A stretch of DNA of 64,000 nucleotides from Coleofasciculus sp. B1-GNL1-01 (GTDB taxonomy: Bacteria; Cyanobacteriota; Cyanobacteriia; Cyanobacteriales; Coleofasciculaceae), in assembly GCA_040220235.1 (NCBI GenBank), contig JAVJTO010000004.1. One strand, given 5' to 3'. The notes under the pieces are model-generated. The model saw nothing but the letters and a program-made list of their open reading frames with translations. It was not told the DNA's origin and made no database searches. Each line of letters begins with the position of its first letter. The stretch's first letter is position 1. Positions 50,744 to 61,656 of the stretch are shown here, piece by piece. Both the position numbers and the translations under genes were made by a program.

Positions 50744-52294
50744 ATGATTGGAAATTATAAATTATATCACTTATCAAAATATTGGTTTCGTCTTGGATTA
50801 ATCGCTATTTTTTTAGCCTCAGTCCTACTCCGATTTTGGGGATTAGGTCGATTTAATACGCTGGTATTTGACGAGGTGTATTACGCCAAATTTGCCAATA
50901 ATTACTTAACCGGAACAGAGTTTTTCAATGCTCACCCGCCCTTGAGCCAATATATTATCGCGATCGGGATGTGGCTGGGTTCTCATTTACCCTGGGATCA
51001 GCCGTCCATGAATGGTTTGGCGGGTTCATTACGATCGACCTGGAGTTATCGTTGGCTGAATGCGCTCACGGGTTCGTTTATCCCCTTAGTTGTCGCCGGA
51101 ATTGCCTATCAGCTTAATCGGCGTCGCAGCTATGCGTTAATCGCCGCTTTGTTAGCTGGGGCGGATGGTCTATTTTTAGTTGAGTCTCGCTACGCCCTGA
51201 ATAATGTCTATTTGGTTATTTTGGGATTATTGGGGAATTTATGTTTGTTAATCGCACTCAATCAATCTCAGTCGAAACGCTGGATAATTTTGGCATTATC
51301 AGGGGCTTTTTTCGGCGCATCTGCTTGTATTAAATGGAATGGCTTATGGTTTTTATTCGGGGTTTATCTACTGTGGGGGATGGCTGGGTTGCTTCAGTGG
51401 AGAGGAGATAGTTCAAAGTTTAAACCTTGGGTTGACGCAGGTTTAATTGCATCTGGGTCAAAAAGAGACAATAGTAGTGAAACCCGCCCCTACAAACCAT
51501 GCACTCCAGCGAAGCGAAGGGTCAACACTCAACACTCAATACTTAAAACTTCCTTAGTTAATTTAACTCAATTAAACGGGATTCAATTTTTAGTAAATTT
51601 TGCCATAATTCCGGCGTTGACGTATAGCTTGCTTTGGATTCCCCACCTAATTATGAATCCCCAACCCGGATTTTGGGAAGCCCACTATAGAATTTTGACG
51701 TTTCACGAAAAAATCGGTAGTGGACCCGATGTTCATCCCTACTGTTCTAAATGGTACACTTGGCTAATTATGCTGCGACCTGTGGCTTACTTTTACCAAA
51801 CTGCCCAAAATACCCGCGAACAAGTCCCGACTTACCCACCGTTACCCAAAGGATATGGTCAGGTGATTTATGATGTTCATGCGATGGGAAATCCTATCCT
51901 TTGGTGGCTATCAACATCAGCAATTTTATTGTTACTGTTGCTGTTGCTACAGCGTATTTGGTCAGGAATGTGTGGATATTTTCCACCCACAACGGTGAAT
52001 TATATTAGCCTCTATTTAGGTCTTAACTGGTTAGCTCAGTTACTCCCTTGGATTGGGGTCAGTCGCTGTACATTTTTATACCACTATATGGGAGCTTCTG
52101 TGTTTTCCGGGTTAGGGTTAGCTTGGCTAATTGACCGTTGGCTACATCGGGAGCAAGAATCTTGGCAAATCGCGGCGATAACGGTTATCAGTTTAATTCT
52201 GTTGGCATTTGTCTTTTGGTTACCGATTTATTTAGGATTACCTCTATCTCCTGAGGGTCATCAACTGCGAATGTGGTTCCGTTCTTGGATTTAG
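50744..52294 (+). CDS. Phospholipid-carrier-dependent glycosyltransferase (PMT family)
   Basis: VFDEVYY, HPPL, ESR, KW.G, HPYCS.W..W, GNP.LWW, FLYHY. Confidence 0.88.
   Translation: MIGNYKLYHLSKYWFRLGLIAIFLASVLLRFWGLGRFNTLVFDEVYYAKFANNYLTGTEFFNAHPPLSQYIIAIGMWLGSHLPWDQPSMNGLAGSLRSTWSYRWLNALTGSFIPLVVAGIAYQLNRRRSYALIAALLAGADGLFLVESRYALNNVYLVILGLLGNLCLLIALNQSQSKRWIILALSGAFFGASACIKWNGLWFLFGVYLLWGMAGLLQWRGDSSKFKPWVDAGLIASGSKRDNSSETRPYKPCTPAKRRVNTQHSILKTSLVNLTQLNGIQFLVNFAIIPALTYSLLWIPHLIMNPQPGFWEAHYRILTFHEKIGSGPDVHPYCSKWYTWLIMLRPVAYFYQTAQNTREQVPTYPPLPKGYGQVIYDVHAMGNPILWWLSTSAILLLLLLLLQRIWSGMCGYFPPTTVNYISLYLGLNWLAQLLPWIGVSRCTFLYHYMGASVFSGLGLAWLIDRWLHREQESWQIAAITVISLILLAFVFWLPIYLGLPLSPEGHQLRMWFRSWI
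51431..51493. repeat. 63-bp REPIN inserted in frame within the PMT gene
   Basis: Colinear with the reverse complement of 25541-25603. Confidence 0.8.
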
Positions 52295-52454
52295 ATTATT
52301 TTCATTTTTCATTGGTAATATCGGGCGCTTGTAGGGGCGACCCGCTTGTATAAATGAACAACTTTTGTCGTCTCGATTTGGTCGGGTCGCCCTCTATGAT
52401 TCGGTGAGATTGCAAGCATTTATCCCCTACGTTTCCCTACATTTAGGTGTACTA

Positions 52455-53078
52455 TTACCCTTCTGTCATTGCCACAATTTGAAGCGTTCTTAGTTCTAAC
52501 TGAGGAAACCAAGGAGACAGAATTGTCGCGTCTCCTTGATATCGCGCTGCCTGGTATTCATCGTCAATCAAACGATTGATCGTTACCGTGGGTTGTTTAG
52601 GAGATCCAATATATTGAACGCCTCCGAGTCCGGCATAATCGACGATCCAGTATTCCGGGATTCCGAGTGTTTCGTACTCATTTAATTTAATCCGGTAATC
52701 GTCCCGCCAATTGGTGCTGACAACTTCAATCACCAGGGGAGGTGGTATGTATGCTGCCGCAGATGCTGAACTTTGACGCATTCTTTGCCATTCGTCTTTG
52801 GCGAATACGACAATATCGGCTTTACGACTGGACTCATTTTCACCAGGGGCGTTATTCAAGCGAACTTGTTTGCTCTGACGGGGAACATAAGGCAGATTCA
52901 AGTCTTGGCAGTGGTTGATTAGGATACGACAAAGCCCATCAACAACGTCTTCATGTTTGGCTGTGGGTTCGCTGAGAGGCATAGCAACTCCTTGGACAAG
53001 CTCGAATGACCTACCGGAGCCGTCATCCCAGTTGAGAAATTCCTCAAAGGTCAGGGGTTTTTGCGCGATCGCGATCAT
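52455..53078 (-). CDS. Uma2-family endonuclease-like protein
   Basis: LTFEEFL, ELV.G, PPLVIEVVS...DY..K..EY..LGIPEYWIVD. Confidence 0.9.
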   Translation of the reverse strand: MIAIAQKPLTFEEFLNWDDGSGRSFELVQGVAMPLSEPTAKHEDVVDGLCRILINHCQDLNLPYVPRQSKQVRLNNAPGENESSRKADIVVFAKDEWQRMRQSSASAAAYIPPPLVIEVVSTNWRDDYRIKLNEYETLGIPEYWIVDYAGLGGVQYIGSPKQPTVTINRLIDDEYQAARYQGDATILSPWFPQLELRTLQIVAMTEG

Positions 53079-53403
53079 TGTTATTGCTCCAATCCATCGG
53101 TCAGCTTGATTTTGCTTATGTCTATGTTAAGGTTAATGGCACTGAAATAAACAGTTTTGGAACGCCAAAATCCTTGATATAATATATAGTAGGGTGGGCA
53201 TTGCCCACCAGCCTAACAGGAGCGTGACATTCATCTTCAGTGAATTTTTCTACCCAACTTCCAAATGTGTAGACGATAGGTTGGGTGGAGCGTCAGCGAT
53301 ACCCAACGATAACGATATGATTGCAGTGATTGATAAAACACCAGTCTCAATCGATCAATTCCTGGATTAGTATCCACAGATTTCAGAGAACCGCTACGAA
53401 TTG

Positions 53404-53565
53404 CGGCGCTACATTGGCTCACCCAAGCAGCCAACGTTCACGGTTTGCACCATGGTGGATGGGGAATACGAATTACAGCAGTTTCGTGGCAATGACCGTA
53501 TTATTTCTCCCACATTCCCCGAATGAGAATTAACGGTCAACCAGATTTTCCATCCAGGTGAATGA
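53404..53565 (+). pseudogene. C-terminal fragment of a Uma2-family gene with internal stop
   Basis: Translates RRYIGSPKQPTFTVCTMVDGEYELQQFRGNDRIISPTFPE*ELTVNQIF; YIGSPKQPT also occurs in the neighbouring intact Uma2. Confidence 0.75.
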
Positions 53566-53930
53566 GCCAGTGGTGGGTGACGATCGCGCCTTGGTACGAT
53601 AGACCTATCGTAGGTTGGGTGGAGCGATCGCGATACCCAACAATTGCCAGGTTTACGTCAATCTTTCGCGATTATTGACAGATAGATATGAGCGATGTTG
53701 GGTTTCGTTCTAAGGGGCAAACCTACGATCCTCTGCTCCCAGACGCGCCATGGCATGTCTGGAACATTGCTTCCCCTGTTCCTGGAATACCTCCGCTCCC
53801 CCTCTTCCTCACGATAGAATGGGTAAAATGACCAGCGATCGCACTGCCTCTGGTCAACTATCCATTAAAATCTCTAAAGTTATTGTATATAGCGATTTGG
53901 CATTAACAGCGAGAGGAGACAAAAGCACGC

Positions 53931-55988
53931 ATGGGCAAGGTAGTCGGCATTGACCTAGGGACAACAAACTCTGTGGTAGCCGTCATGGAGGGTGGCAAGC
54001 CGGTTGTCATTGCTAATGCAGAAGGTATGCGGACAACCCCTTCTGTGGTGGCGTTTAGCAAGGAGGGGGAACGCTTAGTCGGACAAATGGCACGCCGCCA
54101 AGGGGTTCTCAATCCCCAAAATACGTTTTATGGGATTAAGCGATTTATGGGGCGTCGATATAGTGAACTCAATCCGGAGTCGAAGCGCGTCCCCTATACG
54201 ATTCGCCGTGATCCAGAAGACGCGATTAAAATTCGCTGTCCTCGGCTGAAGCAGGAATTTTTCCCGGAAGAGATTTCGGCGATGGTACTGCGGAAGTTGG
54301 CGGATGAGGCGACTCGCTATCTGGGTGAAGAGGTGACGGGGGCGGTAATTACAGTTCCCGCTTATTTTAATGATTCCCAACGACAGGCGACACGAGATGC
54401 AGGGCGGATTGCGGGGTTGGAGGTGTTGCGAATTCTCAATGAACCAACCGCCGCTTCCCTAGCGTATGGGTTGGATCGCCAAGATAGTCAGACGATTTTA
54501 GTTTTTGATTTGGGCGGGGGTACGTTTGATGTCTCGATTCTAGATGTGGGGGATGGCGTTTTTGAGGTGAAAGCCACCAGTGGCGATACCCAGTTGGGGG
54601 GAAATGATTTTGACCGCAAAATTGTGGATTGGCTAGCCGAACAGTTCCTGGAAGCCGAAGGGGTAGATTTACGCCGCGATCGCCAAGCCTTACAGCGATT
54701 GATGGAAGCCGCCGAAAAAGCCAAGATTGAGCTTTCGGGGGTGGGGGTGACGGAGATTAATTTACCCTTTATTACCGCCACTGCTGATGGACCCAAGCAT
54801 CTGGAAACCCGCCTGACTCGTCCCGAATTTGAGGGATTGTGTGGGGATTTAGTCAGTCGTTTACGTCGTCCCCTCAAACGCGCCTTCAAAGATGCGGGAT
54901 TGACGCCTGTACAGATTGATGAGGTGGTTTTGGTTGGAGGTTCAACTCGCATTCCTTTAGTTCAGCAATTGGTGCGGAGTTTGATTGACAAAGAACCGAA
55001 TCAAAATGTGAATCCCGATGAAGTAGTGTCCGTCGGCGCCGCCATTCAAGCGGGTATCCTGAGTAATGAAGTTAAGGATGTGCTGTTGCTGGATGTGACG
55101 CCGTTATCGATGGGATTGGAAACCATTGGTGGGGTGATGAAAAAGCTGATCCCCCGGAATACGACGATCCCGGTGCGGCGATCGGATATCTTTTCCACCA
55201 GCGAAAATAATCAAACCCTGGTGGAAATTCATGTTCTGCAAGGGGAACGGGAAATGGCGAGTGATAACAAATCCCTGGGACGGTTTAAGCTGACCGGGAT
55301 TCCGCCTGCGCCTCGCGGGGTTCCCCAAGTGCAAGTGGCGTTTGATATTGACGCCAATGGGATTTTACAGGTAACCGCCCTGGATAAAACCACAGGACGG
55401 GAGCAAAGTGTGACAATTCAAGGTGCATCGACCTTAAATGAGTCGCAAGTGCAACAGATGATTCGGGACGCCGAGGAAAACGCCCAATTAGATCGTCAAC
55501 GTCGGGAACGGGTAGAAAAGCGCAATCGCGCCGAAACCATGGCGACGGATGCGGAACGTCAACTCAAAGAAGTTACCCTGGATTTTGGCACTCAATTTGC
55601 CAGTGCGTATCGGCGGCGGATTGAAGCCTTGGTGCTGGAACTGCGAGACGCGATCGCCCAAAATGATGATCGGGGGATTGACCGGGCGCAGTCAGATTTA
55701 CAAGATACTCTCTATGAACTCAAACGGGAGGTACGGTTAGCTTACGCCGACGATGAGGATGATGACTTTTTTGGCTCAATTCGCCGTGTCTTCACTGGAG
55801 AAGACGAAGAGGACGCCTATTGGGAACCCAGACGACGTGAACCCCGTGATCCTTATGATTACGGTGTAGGGACAGGTCGATCCAGTCGCCGACGCGATTA
55901 CGAAAGACCAAGAAGTTATTCCCGTCGCGATGTCCGTTCCGCCCCCTTAGAAAATGATTGGGATGAAGAGGATGATGATTGGTTTTAA
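53931..55988 (+). CDS. dnaK: Hsp70 chaperone DnaK (cyanobacterial DnaK3 type)
   Basis: [25 protein letters not shown]; acidic C-terminus ending WDEEDDDWF. Confidence 0.96.
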   Translation: MGKVVGIDLGTTNSVVAVMEGGKPVVIANAEGMRTTPSVVAFSKEGERLVGQMARRQGVLNPQNTFYGIKRFMGRRYSELNPESKRVPYTIRRDPEDAIKIRCPRLKQEFFPEEISAMVLRKLADEATRYLGEEVTGAVITVPAYFNDSQRQATRDAGRIAGLEVLRILNEPTAASLAYGLDRQDSQTILVFDLGGGTFDVSILDVGDGVFEVKATSGDTQLGGNDFDRKIVDWLAEQFLEAEGVDLRRDRQALQRLMEAAEKAKIELSGVGVTEINLPFITATADGPKHLETRLTRPEFEGLCGDLVSRLRRPLKRAFKDAGLTPVQIDEVVLVGGSTRIPLVQQLVRSLIDKEPNQNVNPDEVVSVGAAIQAGILSNEVKDVLLLDVTPLSMGLETIGGVMKKLIPRNTTIPVRRSDIFSTSENNQTLVEIHVLQGEREMASDNKSLGRFKLTGIPPAPRGVPQVQVAFDIDANGILQVTALDKTTGREQSVTIQGASTLNESQVQQMIRDAEENAQLDRQRRERVEKRNRAETMATDAERQLKEVTLDFGTQFASAYRRRIEALVLELRDAIAQNDDRGIDRAQSDLQDTLYELKREVRLAYADDEDDDFFGSIRRVFTGEDEEDAYWEPRRREPRDPYDYGVGTGRSSRRRDYERPRSYSRRDVRSAPLENDWDEEDDDWF

Positions 55989-56035
55989 ATCGTGTTGACC
56001 CTTCACTTCCGAAAGAGGGCATGGCGCGTGATTGT

Positions 56036-56101
56036 GTAGGGGCGGGTTTAGGGACTAATATTGATTGTTGTTCCTAGCTTGGCTGCAAAACCCGCCCCGA
56101 C
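56036..56101. repeat. 66-bp REP doublet (inverted copy of 10755-10820)
   Basis: Near-identical reverse complement including the spacer. Confidence 0.85.
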
Positions 56102-56125
56102 TAAGTTTTGACGGCGAGACCTATT

Positions 56126-56204
56126 TGACAAATGACAAATGACGAATGACGAATGACAAATGACGAATGACAAATGACGAATGACAAATGACAAATGACT
56201 GACA
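56126..56204. repeat. STRR heptamer run (GAC[A/G]AAT)n before dnaJ
   Basis: About 10 tandem units. Confidence 0.85.
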
Positions 56205-57200
56205 ATGCAAAACTTTCGGAATTATTACGAGATTTTAGGAGTTACCCCCGATGCATCCAATGATGAGATAAAAAAGGCATTTCGGCGACTCGCCCGTAAA
56301 TATCACCCAGATGTGAATCCAGGGGATAAACAGGCTGAAGAACGGTTTAAGGATATTAACGAAGCCAACGAAGTCCTGTCTGATCCCAGTCGGCGATCGC
56401 AGTATGATCAGGTTGGCAACTTCTTTAAGAAGAAAGGATTTACCCGTAAGGCGACGAAAACCAGTCCAGTCAGAACCGCCTTCTCCCGTAATGGTCGGGG
56501 GCGTACTTCTAGCCAAGAAGTGGACTATAGTGAGTTTGGTGACTTTAACAGCTTTGTTGAACAACTTCTAGGACGCCGTCCGCCTCGTCCTGGTATGGGA
56601 ACAGAACGGACAGGAAGCCGAGTTGAGTCCTCAGATTCGTTTCGTCCTGGAACTCGTAGAACCGCTTATCGAGTTAATTCTAGCGCCCAGCCGAAAAATG
56701 TAGAGGCGCGATTAACATTACCTTTAGAAAAAGCCTATACCGGAGGAATTGAGCGAATTCGCCTCGAAGATGGTCGATCCTTAGAAGTCGAATTACCCGG
56801 AAACATGGTCACGAATCAGCGAGTGCGCCTCAAGGGTCAGGGAATCGCGGGTGGGGATTTATTTTTAATTATTACGGTTTCGCCCCATCCGTTCTTCAAG
56901 CTGAGAGGGTCAGATATTATTTGCCAGTTACCCGTGACAGCCGCCGAAGCGGTATTAGGAACGCCTGTAGACGTACCGACTCTGGATGGGCGCGTGAAAA
57001 TGAATATTCCGGCGGGGGTGCAATCCGGTCAACGATTACGCCTTGCGAATAAGGGGTATCCTATAGAAGGAGAACGGGGTGATCAGTTAGTTGAAATTCA
57101 AATTGTAGTGCCGAAAACGCCAACTCCGCAAGCGCGAGAACTGTATCAGAAGTTGTTAGAAATTGAACGGTTTAATCCTCGGCGGGATTTGCCGATTTGA
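56205..57200 (+). CDS. dnaJ: Class II DnaJ/CbpA-like co-chaperone
   Basis: J-domain with HPD; no Zn finger; DnaJ C-terminal domain. Confidence 0.9.
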   Translation: MQNFRNYYEILGVTPDASNDEIKKAFRRLARKYHPDVNPGDKQAEERFKDINEANEVLSDPSRRSQYDQVGNFFKKKGFTRKATKTSPVRTAFSRNGRGRTSSQEVDYSEFGDFNSFVEQLLGRRPPRPGMGTERTGSRVESSDSFRPGTRRTAYRVNSSAQPKNVEARLTLPLEKAYTGGIERIRLEDGRSLEVELPGNMVTNQRVRLKGQGIAGGDLFLIITVSPHPFFKLRGSDIICQLPVTAAEAVLGTPVDVPTLDGRVKMNIPAGVQSGQRLRLANKGYPIEGERGDQLVEIQIVVPKTPTPQARELYQKLLEIERFNPRRDLPI

Positions 57201-57341
57201 GGGAAAGGTAGAGGATGAGGGGAGAGCGATCATGTCACCTTGGTCGGTCGGGTTGACGAAAGAAAACCCAACACCCTCGAAACAAAGATAAAACGCGGTA
57301 GGATAAGGAGTCATTATCGGATATGAGGAGGAGATTTAGGT

Positions 57342-57521
57342 ATGTACAAAAATGAAATTCTGGAAGAAATTCACCAATATCGAGAAGAATATGCTTGCTC
57401 ATTTCAATATGATTTGAAAGCTATTTTTAATGATTTGCAAAAAAAGCAAGCAGCTCACAAAGACAGACTGGTTAAACTTCCGATCAAACGCTGGTCGAAC
57501 CAAAAAATCAGCCGTTGCTAA
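57342..57521 (+). CDS. 59-aa hypothetical protein (possible orphan antitoxin), absent from ORF track
   Basis: GAGGAG upstream; MYKNEILEEIHQYREEYACSFQYDLKAIFNDLQKKQ resembles small proteins often found next to PIN genes. Confidence 0.55.
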   Translation: MYKNEILEEIHQYREEYACSFQYDLKAIFNDLQKKQAAHKDRLVKLPIKRWSNQKISRC

Positions 57522-57944
57522 CGAGATATGGAGAGATTACAGTAATACTTACACTCTACCCAACCCACAAGAATCTTGTGAGCATTTATTTCTCTTCTGG
57601 TTGATCGGGAATAGATTTAAGCGGTGTTTTGAGTAATACCCAATCGAGATAGAGAATAAAAATATGCATTTTCGCAAAATTACTGACACGTTGAAGCTTG
57701 CGATCGCGCAGCACCCACGCCCAGAGTTTCTCGACCAGCAGTACCAGAACGATTTCGGCAGACTTCTCTAGAGCCAGAACTAAGATATTTTCAACCATTT
57801 CAATAACCTTGCTAGTTTGTTGACTCTTCTAAAGTCGCTGAAATGAAGTAAAAGCAAGGCTTTTGGCGTGTGTGAGTTGTGTATGCGCTATGGGTGACTT
57901 TTGCTTGATGTCGCTAAAATTAAGTAAAAGATTACTATTAGGCT

Positions 57945-60431
57945 ATGGTTGAGCGATCGCTTAGGGCTTCTCCAGAGGGCAGAAAGACGGCAAAAACAGC
58001 GCTCATTGGCTGTCGTCTGACTCAGCAGCAATTGGCAGATGCATTAGGAGTCACTCGTCAACCAATCGGTAAGTTTTTCAAGGGTAAGCCTGTTGATCGC
58101 GAACTATTTGTCCGCATCTGCGAAAAGTTGAAGCTGGATTGGCAGGCGATCGCACAGAAAGATGATGAACTTGAAACAGAGCCAAACCGGAACCAAGACT
58201 CTGACATTGATGTTCTAGTCCAAGAAATCCGTAAGCAGGTCGAGCCTACCATCCGAGAGCGATGTGGCACAATGCGGGTACTGGATATGAGCCAGCCGAT
58301 TGGTTTAGGCAAAATCTACACCAGCGTCAATATCTTGGAAAAACTGACGAAAACGAGAGGACTGGAATTAGCGGATCTGATGCGGGATACCTCTCCAGAG
58401 GAGTTTGATCGCTTCTGCTTGGGTAATGTCAGAGCAAGGCGCATTCCAGGATTGGAAGCGGTTGAGCAATTCTCCAAGTTGATGATTCTTGGGAAACCAG
58501 GTGCGGGAAAAACGACGTTCCTGAAGCATCTGGCGATTCAGTGCATCGGCGGGAAGTTTCAGACAGAAAGGATTCCGGTATTCATCACATTAAAAGACTT
58601 TGCCGAAACTGATGGGAATCCGGATTTGCTGGAGTACCTTGATCAGTCACTCCTGATGCACCCCGCTTTACAAAATGTGGTCTGTGCAGGTAGAGCATTA
58701 ATTTTATTGGATGGCTTGGATGAGGTTAGAGATGCTGATAGCGATCGGGTATTGCGGCAAATTACCGTATTTTCACAGCAGTTTCCCCAAAATCAATTCG
58801 TCATTACTTGCCGGATTGCGGCACGGGAATACACGTTTGAGAAATTCACAGAAGTAGAAATTGCTGACTTTGACGACAAGCAAATTGCTGATTTTTCCGG
58901 TAAATGGTTCCGTAGCAAAAACGACCCGATTAAGGCAGAACGGTTCCTGCACAAGCTACAGGAAAATGAACCTATCCGAGAACTGGCAACGAATCCGCTA
59001 TTGCTGACACTGCTATGTCTAGTTTTTGAAGACTCCGGCAGTTTTCCTACCAATCGCGCTGAACTATATGAAAACGGTGTGGATGTGTTACTGAAAAAAT
59101 GGGATGTTAAGCGCAATATTGAACGCGATCACGTTTACAAAGGGCTGTCATTAAAGCGAAAAAAAGATTTACTCAGTCAAATTGCCCGAACAACTTTTGA
59201 AGAGGGAAACTACTTTTTTAAACAACGGCAACTGGAGCGCTACATCAGCGAATATATCCAAAATTTATCAGGTGCTAGCACTGATCTCGAAGCATTGGAA
59301 ATAGATAGTGCAGCCGTATTGAAGTCGATTGAAGCACAGCATGGGCTGTTAGTGGAACGGGCAAGAGGTATCTATTCCTTCTCACATCTGACTTTTCACG
59401 AGTATTTCACTGCCCGTAAGATTGTGATGAGTTGCAATCCCTATGCTGCTGATGATCTGACGCTGCAAGAGTTGGTAAGTCACGTTGGTGAGAAGCGCTG
59501 GCGGGAAGTGTTTTTGCTAACGACTCAAAGTTTAGACCCTGCAGATGCATTGTTGCGGTTGATGAAAGCTCAGATTGATAGGCTGTTGGTAGGAAATGAG
59601 AGGTTACAGGAGTTTTTAATCTGGGTGGATGAGAAGGCGCGATCAGTTAAAGTACCATTTAAGTTGGCTTCCGTTAGAGCATTTTACCTCGCTCTTGAAC
59701 AGAGATTAGAAATTGATTCTAATCAGGCTAACGTCCGGGAATTTCCTATTCCGACGCTAGCCTTTAGTATAGATCCTGATTTTGCTTTTGCTTATGATTT
59801 AGGAATTGATTTTGAGTTGCTCAAAACTTTATTAGCTTCTCAAATAATTGAAGAAGCTACTCGTTCTGTTAATATAAAAAGTTTGAGTTTTTATGATAAT
59901 GACGGAAATTATTATGATGATGGTGGGGTTTATCTGGGTAAGGAAGATACATTTATACTGGGTGATGATGACTCCGATCTCAATCAGTACCAAGCTAAGG
60001 TTTATGGACAATTTTGGGACGACGTCAAAGAAAAATGGAATGTGGACAGTGATATAAGCCTCCATGACGAATTATATATTGTTTTTCAGTATCCCCTTGA
60101 GGAAAAACTAAGAGAAGAATTACTCTTTCTTAGAGAGCAATTACCTACGCCATTGGAATTTGCCAAAAATCCAGAAAATGAAGGTGAAGAAAACTGGAAT
60201 GATTGGGGTGAATTTGACTGCCAAAGTTGGACTTTGTCTCTATTAAATACTATGCTGGAACATCGTAACATTGGGCAAGACTGGCAGTTTAGCGATACTG
60301 AGGAAGCATGTGTTCAGCAGTATTACAACGCTAATAAGCTGCTGGTGGATTGCCTAAATAGCGATTGTTATGTCAGCCGGGAAGTCAGGCAGGAAATTGA
60401 GGATACATTACTTTTGCCAATGTCTGAGTAG
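57945..60431 (+). CDS. NACHT (STAND) NTPase with N-terminal HTH
   Basis: LTQQQLADALGVTRQPI HTH; Walker A GKPGAGKTT; Walker B LILLDGLDEV; ITCR; NPLLL; FSHLTFHEYF; C-terminal YY.AN.LLVDCLNSDC. Confidence 0.92.
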   Translation: MVERSLRASPEGRKTAKTALIGCRLTQQQLADALGVTRQPIGKFFKGKPVDRELFVRICEKLKLDWQAIAQKDDELETEPNRNQDSDIDVLVQEIRKQVEPTIRERCGTMRVLDMSQPIGLGKIYTSVNILEKLTKTRGLELADLMRDTSPEEFDRFCLGNVRARRIPGLEAVEQFSKLMILGKPGAGKTTFLKHLAIQCIGGKFQTERIPVFITLKDFAETDGNPDLLEYLDQSLLMHPALQNVVCAGRALILLDGLDEVRDADSDRVLRQITVFSQQFPQNQFVITCRIAAREYTFEKFTEVEIADFDDKQIADFSGKWFRSKNDPIKAERFLHKLQENEPIRELATNPLLLTLLCLVFEDSGSFPTNRAELYENGVDVLLKKWDVKRNIERDHVYKGLSLKRKKDLLSQIARTTFEEGNYFFKQRQLERYISEYIQNLSGASTDLEALEIDSAAVLKSIEAQHGLLVERARGIYSFSHLTFHEYFTARKIVMSCNPYAADDLTLQELVSHVGEKRWREVFLLTTQSLDPADALLRLMKAQIDRLLVGNERLQEFLIWVDEKARSVKVPFKLASVRAFYLALEQRLEIDSNQANVREFPIPTLAFSIDPDFAFAYDLGIDFELLKTLLASQIIEEATRSVNIKSLSFYDNDGNYYDDGGVYLGKEDTFILGDDDSDLNQYQAKVYGQFWDDVKEKWNVDSDISLHDELYIVFQYPLEEKLREELLFLREQLPTPLEFAKNPENEGEENWNDWGEFDCQSWTLSLLNTMLEHRNIGQDWQFSDTEEACVQQYYNANKLLVDCLNSDCYVSREVRQEIEDTLLLPMSE

Positions 60432-60483
60432 GTTCCCTCTCAATTACCATACGTTATGATAGCACCACACATCTAAAGGCTCT

Positions 60484-61137
60484 ATGGTTGAAGTTATTCA
60501 GGCAAGCAATCTAGCTTTATATGAACTAGAAGAAAGGTTTAACCTGGTACAGGTTCAAGACTATGACTTTTTCCCAGAGTGGCAGAGTATAGCACCAGAC
60601 TTGACAGCCTATGAACAGCATTGGCTTGATCAAGCTAAGGCAGATTTTCTCAGCCTTGCTAAGTATCCACTGCACGAAGAAATTGTCAAAATTGCTGTGT
60701 TAGCTCCAGTTTTGTCCATAGCAGGGTTATGTCGTGCGCCATTTGTTCCTGCGGCTGAAAAGCAGGTAGAAATTACATTTGAAGATGAAGATGAGGTGAT
60801 TCGAGGACGAGTCGATTTGCTGGTACTTTATCGTAATCTTTGGGTTGCCACAATTGAAACCAAACCAAAACAAGCAGATGTACTCACAGCTTTACCCCAA
60901 GCTTTACTTTACATGATGGCAAGTCCGATTAGTTCCCTTCCCCTGTTTGGATTGTTGACAAATGGTAATCATTTTATATTTGTGAAACTGCTCAAGCAGG
61001 AGACACCGAGTTATGGCTTATCAGAATTATTTACACTCCTGCGACAGGAGAATGATCTGTATCGAGTTGTGGGAATTTTGAAGCATTTGAGGGAGTTGGT
61101 GCTGAGTGAAGATTGGCAAGCGCAGCAAGTTTACTAG
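60484..61137 (+). CDS. PD-(D/E)xK HsdR-N-like protein (short cyanobacterial type)
   Basis: GRVDLLV...IETK; PQAL.YM; GLLTNG..F.FVKL. Confidence 0.7.
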   Translation: MVEVIQASNLALYELEERFNLVQVQDYDFFPEWQSIAPDLTAYEQHWLDQAKADFLSLAKYPLHEEIVKIAVLAPVLSIAGLCRAPFVPAAEKQVEITFEDEDEVIRGRVDLLVLYRNLWVATIETKPKQADVLTALPQALLYMMASPISSLPLFGLLTNGNHFIFVKLLKQETPSYGLSELFTLLRQENDLYRVVGILKHLRELVLSEDWQAQQVY

Positions 61138-61202
61138 AGCGTCAGTCGGCGTAACTAAAATTAGCGCTTATGTAAATAAATGCCATAGCACGTTTGTTAA
61201 TT

Positions 61203-61290
61203 GTAGGGGCGGGTTTAGGGATGAAATCTAACGTAAAAGGGATGAAATCTAACGTAAAAGCCGATAACTGAACAACAAAACTCGCCCTTA
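61203..61290. repeat. REP doublet with internal 21-nt duplication
   Basis: GTAGGGGCGGGTTT arm; GGGATGAAATCTAACGTAAAA x2; AAAACTCGCCC arm. Confidence 0.7.
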
Positions 61291-61425
61291 AGAGCCGATA
61301 ATTGATCAATAAAACCCGTACACCTGAATGTAGGGGATCTAGGCTTACGCCCTTATCGAAGTGCCGCATCAGCGCGGAAATCGTTATATAATGACTAGCA
61401 TCTGTAGAAAGCTGGAGTCATTCCC

Positions 61426-61656
61426 ATGTCGTTACAAGAACTAAAAGAACAGGCTTTCAAGTTATCCGTGAATGATCGCCTTGCACTCGTCAATGCTATT
61501 ATTCAATCTCTGCAAGATACCCTCAATCCACAACCCAACCGAAAAACCCTGATAAACCAGATGCGAGGATTGTTGAAAACTGATCAGCCACCACCAACTG
61601 ATACTCAAATTCAGGCAATCTTGGAAGAACGTCGGGTGGAGAAATATATCCAGTGA
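61426..61656 (+). CDS. Putative antitoxin of the downstream PIN toxin
   Basis: 75 aa, 4-nt overlap with the PIN gene. Confidence 0.65.
   Translation: MSLQELKEQAFKLSVNDRLALVNAIIQSLQDTLNPQPNRKTLINQMRGLLKTDQPPPTDTQIQAILEERRVEKYIQ

Noticed and set aside
53903..55334. Antisense ORFs over dnaK
   Set aside because: Typical antisense open frames of hsp70 genes
57586..57798. 70-aa minus-strand ORF divergent from the NACHT gene
   Set aside because: Could be real, but has no recognisable family features; not supportable from sequence alone
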